Shown here piece after piece: positions 32,535-41,624 of a stretch of DNA of 64,000 nt. The stretch lies in IMG/VR virus record IMGVR_UViG_3300014159_000004; one strand, written 5' to 3'. The DNA is from an uncultured virus (IMG/VR IMGVR_UViG_3300014159_000004). Taxonomy: Duplodnaviria; Heunggongvirae; Uroviricota; Caudoviricetes. A program made the position numbers and the translations under genes. How positions within the stretch are numbered: position 1 is the first letter of the stretch; every line of letters begins with the position of its first letter. Under the pieces are notes generated by a model. It saw only the letters and a list, made by a program, of their open reading frames with translations. It did no database searches and had not been told where the DNA came from.

Positions 32535-33140
32535 TCACCAGTCCGGCAGCTCGGGCGGATCGTTCCGAAGCTGGGCGACCAGGTAGAACTCGATGAGCCG
32601 CTGCAAGTCGGACACGTCGACGACCCCCGATGACCAAGCTCGGTCGGCTGCTTCTAGCGCCCGGTAGTACGCGCGCGGCGCGTACTTCATCCTCTGCGGC
32701 ACCGGACGCTCTCCGGGGAGCTCTCTGCCTAGCCGCTGGCTCATGACCAGGTACGAAACCGCCCGCGCGGTGCGCCCGTTGCCGTCGTCGAACGGGTGGA
32801 TCCACGCCAATCGCCACATGATGAACGCCGCTGCAAAGAGGGCGTCATTCGAGCCGTTGACGTAATTGCACGCCTCCTGCGTCAGGCGAGGCAAGTCTTC
32901 GTGTGGAGGTGGTACGTGGCTGGACCCGAAGATCTCGACGTCGTCGCTCGTGCGCCATCGGCCGGCGCTAGGGAGGATATCTCTCATTGCAGCCTGGTGG
33001 AGGCTGAGGGTCATTCGCGGGGTCAGCGTTTGATGCGCAGGCGACCGCACCCACCGCTGCACCATGCGTAACTGAGCTAGACCGCCCTCAGCCTCGAGAA
33101 TCTCCGACTCGCTCTCGTCGTCGTCGAACCCCCACCCCAT
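32535..33140 (-). CDS. fic: Fic-family protein (AMPylase toxin)
   Basis: canonical HPFDDGNGRTAR motif. Confidence 0.92.
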   Translation of the reverse strand: MGWGFDDDESESEILEAEGGLAQLRMVQRWVRSPAHQTLTPRMTLSLHQAAMRDILPSAGRWRTSDDVEIFGSSHVPPPHEDLPRLTQEACNYVNGSNDALFAAAFIMWRLAWIHPFDDGNGRTARAVSYLVMSQRLGRELPGERPVPQRMKYAPRAYYRALEAADRAWSSGVVDVSDLQRLIEFYLVAQLRNDPPELPDW

Positions 33141-33316
33141 CAACGAACCGCGCGGCGTCGCCGCATTCTCTCCGCCGCGATGTCAACGATCTCGCGCGTC
33201 ACTCGCGCGTTCTCCAGGCCGATGTTCCCTGCCACGAAGTTGCGCGCCTGCTCCTCGCGCTCCGCCTCCGTCATCGGGCGAGACTCTCGGATCAGTCGAG
33301 CGAGTTCGCGCGTCAC
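33140..33316 (-). CDS. VbhA-like Fic antitoxin, 58 aa (absent from ORF track)
   Basis: manual translation MTRELARLIRESRPMTEAEREEQARNFVAGNIGLENARVTREIVDIAAERMRRRRAVR; TGATG overlap with fic. Confidence 0.7.
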   Translation of the reverse strand: MTRELARLIRESRPMTEAEREEQARNFVAGNIGLENARVTREIVDIAAERMRRRRAVR

Positions 33317-33449
33317 GGTAGGTCAGTGTAGCTCACGCACGAGTCTGGCGCAAAGACGCGCGCCCTCTACGGGCGATCGACACCGACGCGCGGCCCGCGC
33401 GCGATCGTGCTTTCGTAGCAGCGTCTCGTAGCAGCGCCAGCATCGCACG

Positions 33450-33620
33450 CGCGGTACGCTGCGGGGGCGGTGCAGCCGCCACCCTCGACCAAATCGTCGC
33501 CGCGCCCCGCGGCGACGAGCCGTTCCATCGCGACGAGCTTCGCGCCCGGTGTGCTCCAGCCCGGCGATCGACTGGTCGTTGCGCTGGACGTGCTCCTGCA
33601 CGCGGCCCCAGCGTATCACA
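33450..33620 (-). pseudogene. decayed duplicate of the 5' part of gene 32135..32530
   Basis: colinear similarity to about 32320-32540 with substitutions and deletions. Confidence 0.75.
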
Positions 33621-34044
33621 CCTGAAGTGGGGTCGACGTCTCCGGTCGCTTGGGCCCTTTGAGCCAAGGCTTGAGGTCCATGTAGTCCGGAAGCGCGAAC
33701 ACGTTGCGCTCCGTCATGCAGGCTGGGGTCATCAGCGTCAGGCGCAAGAAGAACGGGCAGTGCTTGGCCGACCGCACCAGAAACACTGGTGCAGGTGCCG
33801 GTCCGATGCTCCGCGTCCACGCGGGCGGGTCGTCCCCGTTTCTCCACGCGAGGAGTTCCACGAGTGAGGCGTAAACGGCGCGCGCGCGAACGTACGGGAA
33901 GTCGGGGGGTGGGGCGTCCGACCACGAGAAGTCAGCACGCGAGGCGTCCTTGATGATCTGGCAGACCGTCAGGTCGCTGTCGTCGATGTCGCGCAGTGCA
34001 GCGACGACGAGTTCGCGTGGGTTCAAGGAAAATGCTGGTCTCAT
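33616..34044 (-). CDS. hypothetical protein resembling antitoxin-like partners of nucleotidyltransferases
   Basis: ASLVELLA...PPAWT...P.PVFL...TP....RNVF pattern; assignment tentative. Confidence 0.55.
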   Translation of the reverse strand: MRPAFSLNPRELVVAALRDIDDSDLTVCQIIKDASRADFSWSDAPPPDFPYVRARAVYASLVELLAWRNGDDPPAWTRSIGPAPAPVFLVRSAKHCPFFLRLTLMTPACMTERNVFALPDYMDLKPWLKGPKRPETSTPLQV

Positions 34045-34247
34045 GCCGCCGGGCCGTCCTTGCGCGCGCCGATCCTGGAGACCTGCGACGCCTCGAACGC
34101 ACGCAGGGCGTCCCGGCAGCGGTCGCCCGCCGTCCCGCGCACACTTCCAGGCTCGCGCAGCTCTTTCAAGATTGACCTCGGATCGACGTCATGTGCGGAC
34201 GACAGACGTCGAAGGACCGTGATGGGGATCAATGGGCGGTCGGCCAT
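34041..34247 (-). CDS. small HTH-like protein
   Basis: LRRLSSAHDVDPRSILK; ATGA coupling. Confidence 0.55.
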   Translation of the reverse strand: MADRPLIPITVLRRLSSAHDVDPRSILKELREPGSVRGTAGDRCRDALRAFEASQVSRIGARKDGPAA

Positions 34248-34409
34248 GCTTTCTGACGGATCATGCTCTCACGGTACGGCCTCAATGTCCACCGTGCTGT
34301 ACGGCGCGGCACCGTGCCGCATGGCGCTAAGAATCGCTGTCAGAGCGCTCGCTGATCGATTGACCCAGCCATGCGTACGACCGCAGGATGCCCCGAGTAG
34401 GACTCGAGG

Positions 34410-34619
34410 ATGCCGAGAGCAGCTCTGTACCCCGCGGTCGCGTCGGTCAAGATGAGCGCAGAGCAGATGCGCCTCATCAACCAGCGCGCCAAATTGTGCG
34501 GGGTGCGGCCGAGTGTCTGGATGCGTTCCATCCTGATGCAGGCGGCGTCTTCGGCTTCCAGGGACAAGCCGCGCGACGGCTACCTCCGCATCCGAGAGCC
34601 GGAAGGGATTACGACCTGA
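34410..34619 (+). CDS. RHH-like regulator
   Basis: SVKMSAEQMRLINQRAKLCGVRPSVWMRSIL. Confidence 0.65.
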   Translation: MPRAALYPAVASVKMSAEQMRLINQRAKLCGVRPSVWMRSILMQAASSASRDKPRDGYLRIREPEGITT

Positions 34620-35074
34620 TGGACAGATCGCAGCAGCACATGCTCGGCCTCGACCCCGAGAAGCAGGTCAAGGTCGATGTGCGCGTCTGGTTCGGGCAGA
34701 AGCTCGCGCTCTGGCGCAGCAAGGTCGGCTGGGACATCGCCGTCCGGCAGGCGGGCGAGATCGTCGCGCGCTGCCGGCACACGGACGGCTGCGACGGCGC
34801 GAAGGACGAGGGGGCGCCGTGCCTCGGAGAGTGCCCGGACCGCGAGATCCGGATGTCCGCCCTGGTCGTCTTGAACGCCGCCCGGCAGTTCGCGCCGCCG
34901 AGCGCCAGCAAGATCGCCAACCAGCCGTACACGGCGCCGAGCCGGGAATACTTCTCGGACGTCGTCGCGGAGCTCGGCGCGTGCCAGGCCGAACTCGCGG
35001 CCCTGCAGCGGGACGGTGGTTACGGCGCCGTCCGAGAACGACCCCACCCAAGCTCGAGGAGAAAAACCCAGTGA
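34619..35074 (+). CDS. hypothetical protein with Cys/His cluster
   Basis: TGATG coupling; GC3 bias. Confidence 0.7.
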   Translation: MDRSQQHMLGLDPEKQVKVDVRVWFGQKLALWRSKVGWDIAVRQAGEIVARCRHTDGCDGAKDEGAPCLGECPDREIRMSALVVLNAARQFAPPSASKIANQPYTAPSREYFSDVVAELGACQAELAALQRDGGYGAVRERPHPSSRRKTQ

Positions 35075-35463
35075 AGTTCGAACCACGCCGCGGTCAAGCC
35101 ATCGGCCGCATCGTCATCAAGCCGTCGCGATCGTCCATCCTCAGGCCGGATCAGACCAAGGGGATCTCGAAGTTCGTGATCCTCGACGCGGTCGGTCCCG
35201 ATCTCCTGGCCAAGGGCTTGAAGGTGGGTGACGTCATCGTTCCGCGGGCGGTCGGCAACGTCATGATGGACGACGGCGCCTCGTTCCGGCCGACCGTCAA
35301 CGAGGAGGACATCTTGCTCGTCGTGCGCGACTGGTCGAGCCTCGACGAGTTTCACGTGCAGGTCGACAACGGCACGAGGTACGTGCCCTTCAGCGACGCG
35401 CTGGCCGCCAAGTCGCTCGGAGCGATCAGCGAGGCGCAGGACGCCAACTCGGCGGCGGCATGA
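35071..35463 (+). CDS. GroES-like co-chaperonin
   Basis: MKFEP..., AVGPD...LKVGDVIV, NEEDILLVV match the GroES pattern; GAGGA RBS. Confidence 0.65.
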   Translation: MKFEPRRGQAIGRIVIKPSRSSILRPDQTKGISKFVILDAVGPDLLAKGLKVGDVIVPRAVGNVMMDDGASFRPTVNEEDILLVVRDWSSLDEFHVQVDNGTRYVPFSDALAAKSLGAISEAQDANSAAA

Positions 35464-36155
35464 GCCGGATCGTCAGCGCGTACGACCCGACGGCGGTCGC
35501 CCGACTGCTCCAGCGCAGCGGCGGGTGCGGCTGTCGCGAGCCCGCAGCCGCGCGCGTCGTCGCCGAGCACACGGTGCGGTCGTCGCGCCGGCGCCGGGTG
35601 AGAGACGACGCGCACGAGAACGCGCTCGCCGACGCCGGAGCCGACCCGGTCGTCCTCGGCGCGGGCAACGGGTCGAAGTGTCGGCCGTTCTTGATGGTCC
35701 ACAAGGATCCAGAGAGGTTCGCCGCGTGCAACGCGCTCGCCGACTCGATCGGGCCGCTCGACACACCGAAGAAGGCGTTCAAGTTGATCCACGAAGCCAT
35801 CGGCGACGAGGTCAACGAGGTCTTCGGGATCGTCACGCTCGACCTGCACCTGCGCATGAAGAGCGTGGCCGAGACGGGTCGCGGCGAGCCGGCCGCCGTG
35901 CTGGCGCCCATGGTCCCGACGCTGCAGGCGGCACTCATCGACGGCGCGCATGCCGTGGTTGTTTTTCATTGTCACCCCTCTGGGATAGAGGCAGAGCCGA
36001 GCGACGCGGACAAGGAGACGACCGAGGCGTTCGCGGACGCGTTCGACACCGTCGGTGTCGGTCTGCTCGACCACATCATCCTAGGAGGGTCCGTCGAGAA
36101 ACCGTCCTACTTCAGTTTCTTGGAGGCGGGTCTCTTGCCCCCGCTGCCAGAGTAG
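35460..36155 (+). CDS. radC: RadC-like JAB domain protein
   Basis: E.F, HCHPSG...PSDAD...T, LLDHIILG, YFSF.E.G. Confidence 0.88.
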   Translation: MSRIVSAYDPTAVARLLQRSGGCGCREPAAARVVAEHTVRSSRRRRVRDDAHENALADAGADPVVLGAGNGSKCRPFLMVHKDPERFAACNALADSIGPLDTPKKAFKLIHEAIGDEVNEVFGIVTLDLHLRMKSVAETGRGEPAAVLAPMVPTLQAALIDGAHAVVVFHCHPSGIEAEPSDADKETTEAFADAFDTVGVGLLDHIILGGSVEKPSYFSFLEAGLLPPLPE

Positions 36156-36229
36156 CCGCCGGCGAGCCATCTTTTTCATTTCGAACGAAGTTCGCCAAGA
36201 CCCAATTTTCATTGGAGCCAACCACTCTC

Positions 36230-36697
36230 ATGACCCAGCAACAGCATCCGAACGACCTGCCCATCCTCCCCGTGGAGCATGAGATACCCCAACCGGATCC
36301 GGACGCCACGATCCTGATCCGGCTGGCCACCCACTCGCTCGCCATTGGCGCGAGCGCCAGCCCCGAACCCATGGCCTGGGTCATGAGCCAGCAGCACCCG
36401 CTCGTCCGCACAGCGAAGATCGTGCGGATGTACCTGCGCGAGGACGGCGGGGTCGACGTGTACTGGAGCGACGGCAAGATGTACCTGCGCACGTTCATCC
36501 CGGAGCGCGCCATCATCTTCTTCGAGGAGATCATGAGCAAAGACACCTTCGTCGCGTTTATCGAGCAAGCCGAGACCGAGACCGAGTCCGAAGAGGAGGA
36601 AGAGGATCAGGGACAGGACGAGCCCGAGCCTGCGGGTCAGGTGACCGCCCCGATTCCGGACCCGAGCGAGCCGGGGCCGACGGGTCCCTCGGCGTAA
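36230..36697 (+). CDS. hypothetical protein with acidic C-terminus
   Basis: GGAG RBS; GC3 bias. Confidence 0.7.
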   Translation: MTQQQHPNDLPILPVEHEIPQPDPDATILIRLATHSLAIGASASPEPMAWVMSQQHPLVRTAKIVRMYLREDGGVDVYWSDGKMYLRTFIPERAIIFFEEIMSKDTFVAFIEQAETETESEEEEEDQGQDEPEPAGQVTAPIPDPSEPGPTGPSA

Positions 36698-36711
36698 AGG
36701 GAGGTCGACGA

Positions 36712-38703
36712 ATGCCGACCGGAGACGAGCCCGAGGATGTCGAAGAGGACGTCGAGGACGAGGACGACAGCGATGACGAGGAGGGCGGCGACGCTGGCAG
36801 CGGAGACGACGACACCATCGAGTCGGACGGTCAGCGGCTTGTCCGGCTCGACCGGCGCCGGCGCATCGCCGCCGCGCCGTCGGACCTCGCCCCGACCTCG
36901 ACCCGGGACTCGCGCGCGTCACCAAGACCGCCCGCGCCCACGCCTCGGGTCACCGCCAACCCGACCCGCCGTCGACCCAAGAAGAAGAAGCGCCCCACCG
37001 AACCCGCCGCGAACCCCACGCCCGTGACCAACCACACAGCACCTCCGCCGCCCCAACCTCCCGCTCCGGCGGCCCCGGCGCCCCCCGCCGCGAGCGCGGC
37101 GGAGGGCAACGTCTTTCTTGCGTTCGAGGAGACGGTCAAACTGCACCCGGCTGCGTCGCACACGATCGCGGTCGTCCGCAAGAGCGGCACCCCGGCGCAG
37201 TGGATGATCGCCGACCGGCCGCGCACGGCCAACGAGCTGTACGCCGCGATCCTGAGGATCCACGGGCGCAGCCCGGAGACCACCTACGAGGTCACCTTCC
37301 GCGACGGGGCCGGGCACGGCAACGGCGGCGAGGTCTCGATGCCGAGCACGGTGGACCAGCCCGGCGCGCCCATGGCGCCTGCGCCAGCGTACCCGTCGCC
37401 GCCGCAACCGCAGTACGCGCAGCCGCCGTACGCGCCGCAGTACCCGCCGCCCGCGGTCGCCGCCCCAGTCGCGCCGCAGGCCCAGCCGGGCACCCCGTTC
37501 GACGCGATGCTGGCGATGCAGAAGCAGCTCTTCGAGATGGTGAACGCGATGGCGCCGAAGCCGGTCGCCGCCCCGCCGGCGCCGCCCGCTCCACCCCAGC
37601 AGCCGCCCGCGCCGGACATCAACGCGCTGCTCGCGATGCAGAAGCAGATGTTCGACATGATCCAGGCGCTGCAGGCCCCCGTCGGCGGTTCCGCCGCTCC
37701 GCCGCCGGCGCCACCCCCGCCGCAGCAGCAGGCGCCCGCACCCGCCGCCGCTCCGGATCCGATGAGCGCGATGCTCGCGATGCAGAAGCAGGTGTTCGAC
37801 ATGATGCAGGCGCTGCAGACCGGACACCCGCCGCCGGCTCCGGCTCCTGCGCCGCCCACACCTGCGCCTGCGCCGCCTACCGACCCGACCGGCGCGATGC
37901 TCGCGATGCAGAAGCAGATGTTCGACATGATGCTCACGATGATGCAGACGGCCCAGCGAGGGGCTGCCCCGGCGGGGCCTGCCGGCCCGTACAGGCGCTA
38001 CGACCCGCGCGACCCGCGCGACCCCCGCGATCCGGGCGATCCCAGCGCGCCGCCGTACGCGCGGCCGCCCTACCCGCCGTCGCCGCAGCGGCCGCAGACG
38101 CCGACCGAGCAGCTGCAGGACGCGGTCAGGGTCGTGCGCTCGACCGTGGAAATCGCGCGCGAGTTCGCCGAGGGGTTCGGCGGTCGCGCGGCCGAGCCGG
38201 CGCCGCCGCCCGTCGACGATGACGACGACAGCCCCGTGAAGGTCATCGACATGGGCCTGGCCAAGAGCGTCATCAACCGGAGCGACGGGACCCTGCGCGG
38301 CTTCGAGACGGCGATGGCCAACCTGCCGAGCGCCCTCAAGTGGTGGGGCGAGCAGCAGGAGAAGATCCGCTCCGCGAGGGCGGAGGCCGAGGAGCGAAGG
38401 CGCCAGCAGCAGCTGCCCCCTGGGTACGTGGTGGCGACGCCGGACTACCAACCCCCGGAGGGGTTCGTCGCCGTCCCGGTCTGCAAGCACGGGCGCCCCG
38501 TCGTGGAGTGTCCCGACGAGCGGTGCCGCGCGGGGCTGAGGCAGGCTGCGCCGGCGCAGCCGGTCGCCGCCCCGCTGCCGGAGCCGCCGGCCGAGATGCC
38601 GCCGCCGATCGCCCAGCGCGAGCCGGTCCGGCCGGTCGCTGAGAGTGAGGGGACGGGACCGACGTCGTGGGGCATGCCGCCCGGGATCCCACAGAAACAG
38701 TAG
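36712..38703 (+). CDS. Pro-rich low-complexity protein with four LAMQKQxF[DE]M repeats
   Basis: GGGAGG RBS; 663 aa ORF. Confidence 0.8.
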   Translation: MPTGDEPEDVEEDVEDEDDSDDEEGGDAGSGDDDTIESDGQRLVRLDRRRRIAAAPSDLAPTSTRDSRASPRPPAPTPRVTANPTRRRPKKKKRPTEPAANPTPVTNHTAPPPPQPPAPAAPAPPAASAAEGNVFLAFEETVKLHPAASHTIAVVRKSGTPAQWMIADRPRTANELYAAILRIHGRSPETTYEVTFRDGAGHGNGGEVSMPSTVDQPGAPMAPAPAYPSPPQPQYAQPPYAPQYPPPAVAAPVAPQAQPGTPFDAMLAMQKQLFEMVNAMAPKPVAAPPAPPAPPQQPPAPDINALLAMQKQMFDMIQALQAPVGGSAAPPPAPPPPQQQAPAPAAAPDPMSAMLAMQKQVFDMMQALQTGHPPPAPAPAPPTPAPAPPTDPTGAMLAMQKQMFDMMLTMMQTAQRGAAPAGPAGPYRRYDPRDPRDPRDPGDPSAPPYARPPYPPSPQRPQTPTEQLQDAVRVVRSTVEIAREFAEGFGGRAAEPAPPPVDDDDDSPVKVIDMGLAKSVINRSDGTLRGFETAMANLPSALKWWGEQQEKIRSARAEAEERRRQQQLPPGYVVATPDYQPPEGFVAVPVCKHGRPVVECPDERCRAGLRQAAPAQPVAAPLPEPPAEMPPPIAQREPVRPVAESEGTGPTSWGMPPGIPQKQ

Positions 38704-38716
38704 GAGAACGGAAACG

Positions 38717-38899
38717 ATGCGCTTCGCCATCTTCATGAGGGTCACCGTCGACGCGTCGGGCGAGCCGCAGGCGGTCGACTGGGCGAGGAAGTTCGAGAAG
38801 CTGCTCAAGAACCCGATGGCGAAGACGGCGATCGTGGCCGAGGGGATCAAGATGGTCGGCGAGCCGGTGGCGCTGCAGCCGAAGCGGGAGGACCCGTGA
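38717..38899 (+). CDS. small hypothetical protein
   Basis: AGGAG RBS; coupled. Confidence 0.65.
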   Translation: MRFAIFMRVTVDASGEPQAVDWARKFEKLLKNPMAKTAIVAEGIKMVGEPVALQPKREDP

Positions 38900-39537
38900 C
38901 CAGGGCCGAATACGAGAAACCGGAGGGCGCGTGCTCGTACGGCTCGTGCCTCAAGAAGGCGATCGAGGGAGGCCGGTGCGGCCGGCACCACCGGTTCGCC
39001 TTCAAGAGCCGCGTGAGATTCGGCGGCGAGAGCCGCGAGAAGGTCCAGCGGGTGCGGTTCGGGACCGACGTCGGCGACCCGCGCGAGGCCCTCGTCGAGG
39101 CCCTCGCGGGAGACGACGCGCTCGCCGTCGTGGACGCGCTCGACGTCTATCTGGATATCCCGGTCGGGCTCCAGCTGTCGGTCCGAAACCCAGACGCCGA
39201 GCGGGACCAGGCGATCCGGGAGCGAGACGAGGCGGTCGCGCGCGCGGAGAGAGCCGAGCAAGGGCTGAATGGATCGCAGGTGTCCGAGCCGGTGTCGCCG
39301 GTGCAACCGGAACCGCCGTCGAGCGCCTCGTCGCTGCCACCAACGTCGCCCGACGTGTACACGCAGAACGACATCGCCAACGGCGTGCCCGAGTCGACCG
39401 ACGAGATCGTCGGCGTCGCGGACAACCTCAGGGTCGCTGCGGCTTCGCTGCGCGTGGCTGTCAGGACGCTCGCGGACGTCGCCGCGTCGAAGCTCGTCGC
39501 GGCGGTCGCTAAGTTCAAGCGCGCTCAGCGAACCTGA
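38896..39537 (+). CDS. hypothetical protein with a Cys3His motif and a copy of the putative capsid N-terminal peptide
   Basis: C-x4-C-x9-C-x2-H then GGESREKVQRV. Confidence 0.65.
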   Translation: MTRAEYEKPEGACSYGSCLKKAIEGGRCGRHHRFAFKSRVRFGGESREKVQRVRFGTDVGDPREALVEALAGDDALAVVDALDVYLDIPVGLQLSVRNPDAERDQAIRERDEAVARAERAEQGLNGSQVSEPVSPVQPEPPSSASSLPPTSPDVYTQNDIANGVPESTDEIVGVADNLRVAAASLRVAVRTLADVAASKLVAAVAKFKRAQRT

Positions 39538-39538
39538 C

Positions 39539-40033
39539 GTGGTCAAGAACGCGGAGATCGTGACCGTGAACACGGTCGGCCTGACGCGTAACCAGCGCAG
39601 GGCCCTGAAGAACCCGAAGGTCATGCGGCGCATCGTCCAGGAGTCACTCGCCGAGATCAGGGCGGGTAGAAAGGACGTGCCCGCGGACCCCGTCGTCGCG
39701 GGCGAAGACGAGGACAGGAGGGAGATGCGACTCATGGCCGAGAAGGTGAGCGATGAGTGGACGGAAGAGATCCGATCGGCGGCCGGGCGCCTGCACCTGG
39801 TCAGGGAGCAGTTCCAGGAAGAAGCTGTGGCGGCCATCCGGGCGTCGATCTCCGCGACCATCCGCTCTCCGGAGTTCAGGCGCGCGCTGGCCGAGACGAT
39901 CGCGGGTGCCGCCAAAGAGGTCGCGAAGGAGATCCTCGCCGAGGACACGCCCCACTTGGAGGCCGAGGTGCGCGCGCTCGTGCGGGCCAGGTTCGGGGCC
40001 GAGGTCGAGAAGGCGGCGAGAACGCGAAGCTGA
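39539..40033 (+). CDS. helical hypothetical protein
   Basis: GTG 1 nt after the previous stop; GC3 bias. Confidence 0.65.
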   Translation: MVKNAEIVTVNTVGLTRNQRRALKNPKVMRRIVQESLAEIRAGRKDVPADPVVAGEDEDRREMRLMAEKVSDEWTEEIRSAAGRLHLVREQFQEEAVAAIRASISATIRSPEFRRALAETIAGAAKEVAKEILAEDTPHLEAEVRALVRARFGAEVEKAARTRS

Positions 40034-40422
40034 CGCCAGAAGTGCTCGACCGAGTCCGCGCGAAGCTCGCGGACGGGTCGCACCTGCGCGCCATCGCGAA
40101 AGAACTACAGGTGCCGCTATCGACGCTGCACCGGAGAGTACCCGGATTGGCAAAGGGAGGGACTGACGAGGAGCGCGCCGGGTGGCTGCATAAGGCTTGG
40201 ATGAAGAACTGGGACAACACGACGCCCGAAGAGCGGCGAAAGCGAACGGCGCATCTCCGTATGGTGACACATGAGCAGCGGAGCGAAGCCGCCAAGAAAT
40301 CTTGGGCGTTGATGACGACTGAGCAGAAGGAACAGCGCAGGGAGCGGGTCCGAGAGACGTGGGCGCGCAAGAGAAAGCAGCGAGCCATGAAAGGTCGCGC
40401 CGCTGTTCACGGCGACCCGTAA
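40030..40422 (+). CDS. HTH plus basic TPEER-type repeats (homing-endonuclease DNA-binding remnant); start uncertain
   Basis: NAKLTPE...LRAIAKELQVPLSTLHR; repeats like those of 48184..49272; lower GC. Confidence 0.55.
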   Translation: MTPEVLDRVRAKLADGSHLRAIAKELQVPLSTLHRRVPGLAKGGTDEERAGWLHKAWMKNWDNTTPEERRKRTAHLRMVTHEQRSEAAKKSWALMTTEQKEQRRERVRETWARKRKQRAMKGRAAVHGDP

Positions 40423-40511
40423 ACCTGTCACTACACGCCGCCCGGCACCTCGTCGGCAGTGAGGAGCCGTAGCTTCTGGACGCTGCGACCGGTCGCGCGT
40501 AGGCTCGAGGG

Positions 40512-41624
40512 GTGCGCACCTACGTTGTCAAGCCCGGTGATTCGCCTGCCAGCATCGCCGCAAGAGACGAAATGGCGGGCTGTCCAAAGTGCGGGGCAGA
40601 TTTGGCGAATCCGGAGGTCAACCCACAAAAAGAAGCTGTTGTTCTCTCGAATGGGTTCCGCACCTTCAAGTCGCTCACGCCCGGTGAAGTCATCAACTTG
40701 CCCGATGCTTGGTTCCACCCGGCCCGCGAGAAGCTGCCGAAGACGTACTACCAGATCCTGCCGCACCCGGACGGCGTCACGCGCGGCACGCTCGGCGACG
40801 CGCTCGGCGACTTCCCCGATCTCGACGCCGCCGTGACCGCGGTCGCCCAGCTCGCGGCGCTGGGCGACGCCGCGTTCACGCGGGCCGTCGGCGACGCCGG
40901 CGCGAAGGTCGACGCCGCTGTGAGGGAGGCGTACCGGTCGACGATCCCCGACGCCGCCGCCAAGGCGAGGCTCGTCAAGGACGCGACGCACTGGGTCTGG
41001 CTGCGCAACGTCGACCTCGCGGCCGCCATCGCCGCGGGCGACCGGGCGACCATCGTGAAGGCGCGCCTGGACATCCAGAACGCGCTCGCGACGGCGCTCG
41101 GCAACGCGCGGCTCGCGATCCTCGCGCTCGCGCCGGGCGGTACGTCCGTCGTGTCGCCGTCCTCCGCGCCGCCTGAGCTGCTCGCGGCCGCGAGGGCGGC
41201 CGCCGCCGCCATCGCGTCCGACCCCAACTACTGCACGTCGGTCACGCACCCCGGCACGCCGGTCAACGCCGCGGTGCACCGCTTTAAGCTCGCGTGGAAC
41301 GCGACGCAGACGCCGAAGGTCCCCATCGGCACGAGCGCCTACGAGGTCGCGACGACCGTCGCGCTCGCGCAGGTGAACGGCAGCGCGCCGTCGGCGTGCG
41401 GCGCGGGTCGACGCCCGATGCCCGCACCGCCGCCGCCGCCACCGCTCACGCCCAAGCAGAAGGCAGAGCAGGAGAAGGCGCTCGCGCCGCCGAGCGAGGG
41501 CGGCTGGTCGCTGGGCAAGGTCGCCATCGGCGTCGCCGTCGCGGGCGCGGCGGCCGGCGGCATCGCGTACCTGGTGACGAGGCCGAAGAAGTCAGTGCGT
41601 CGAACGAGTCCGGGGTACGCATGA
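40512..41624 (+). CDS. LysM-domain protein with C-terminal membrane anchor
   Basis: TYVVKPGDSPASIA...N...LTPGEVINLP; C-terminal TM then RPKK. Confidence 0.8.
   Translation: MRTYVVKPGDSPASIAARDEMAGCPKCGADLANPEVNPQKEAVVLSNGFRTFKSLTPGEVINLPDAWFHPAREKLPKTYYQILPHPDGVTRGTLGDALGDFPDLDAAVTAVAQLAALGDAAFTRAVGDAGAKVDAAVREAYRSTIPDAAAKARLVKDATHWVWLRNVDLAAAIAAGDRATIVKARLDIQNALATALGNARLAILALAPGGTSVVSPSSAPPELLAAARAAAAAIASDPNYCTSVTHPGTPVNAAVHRFKLAWNATQTPKVPIGTSAYEVATTVALAQVNGSAPSACGAGRRPMPAPPPPPPLTPKQKAEQEKALAPPSEGGWSLGKVAIGVAVAGAAAGGIAYLVTRPKKSVRRTSPGYA

Noticed and set aside
32320..33620. Possible diversity-generating retroelement TR/VR pair (also considered for 39021/46243)
   Set aside because: Differences are not adenine-specific and include deletions; no reverse transcriptase in the window.
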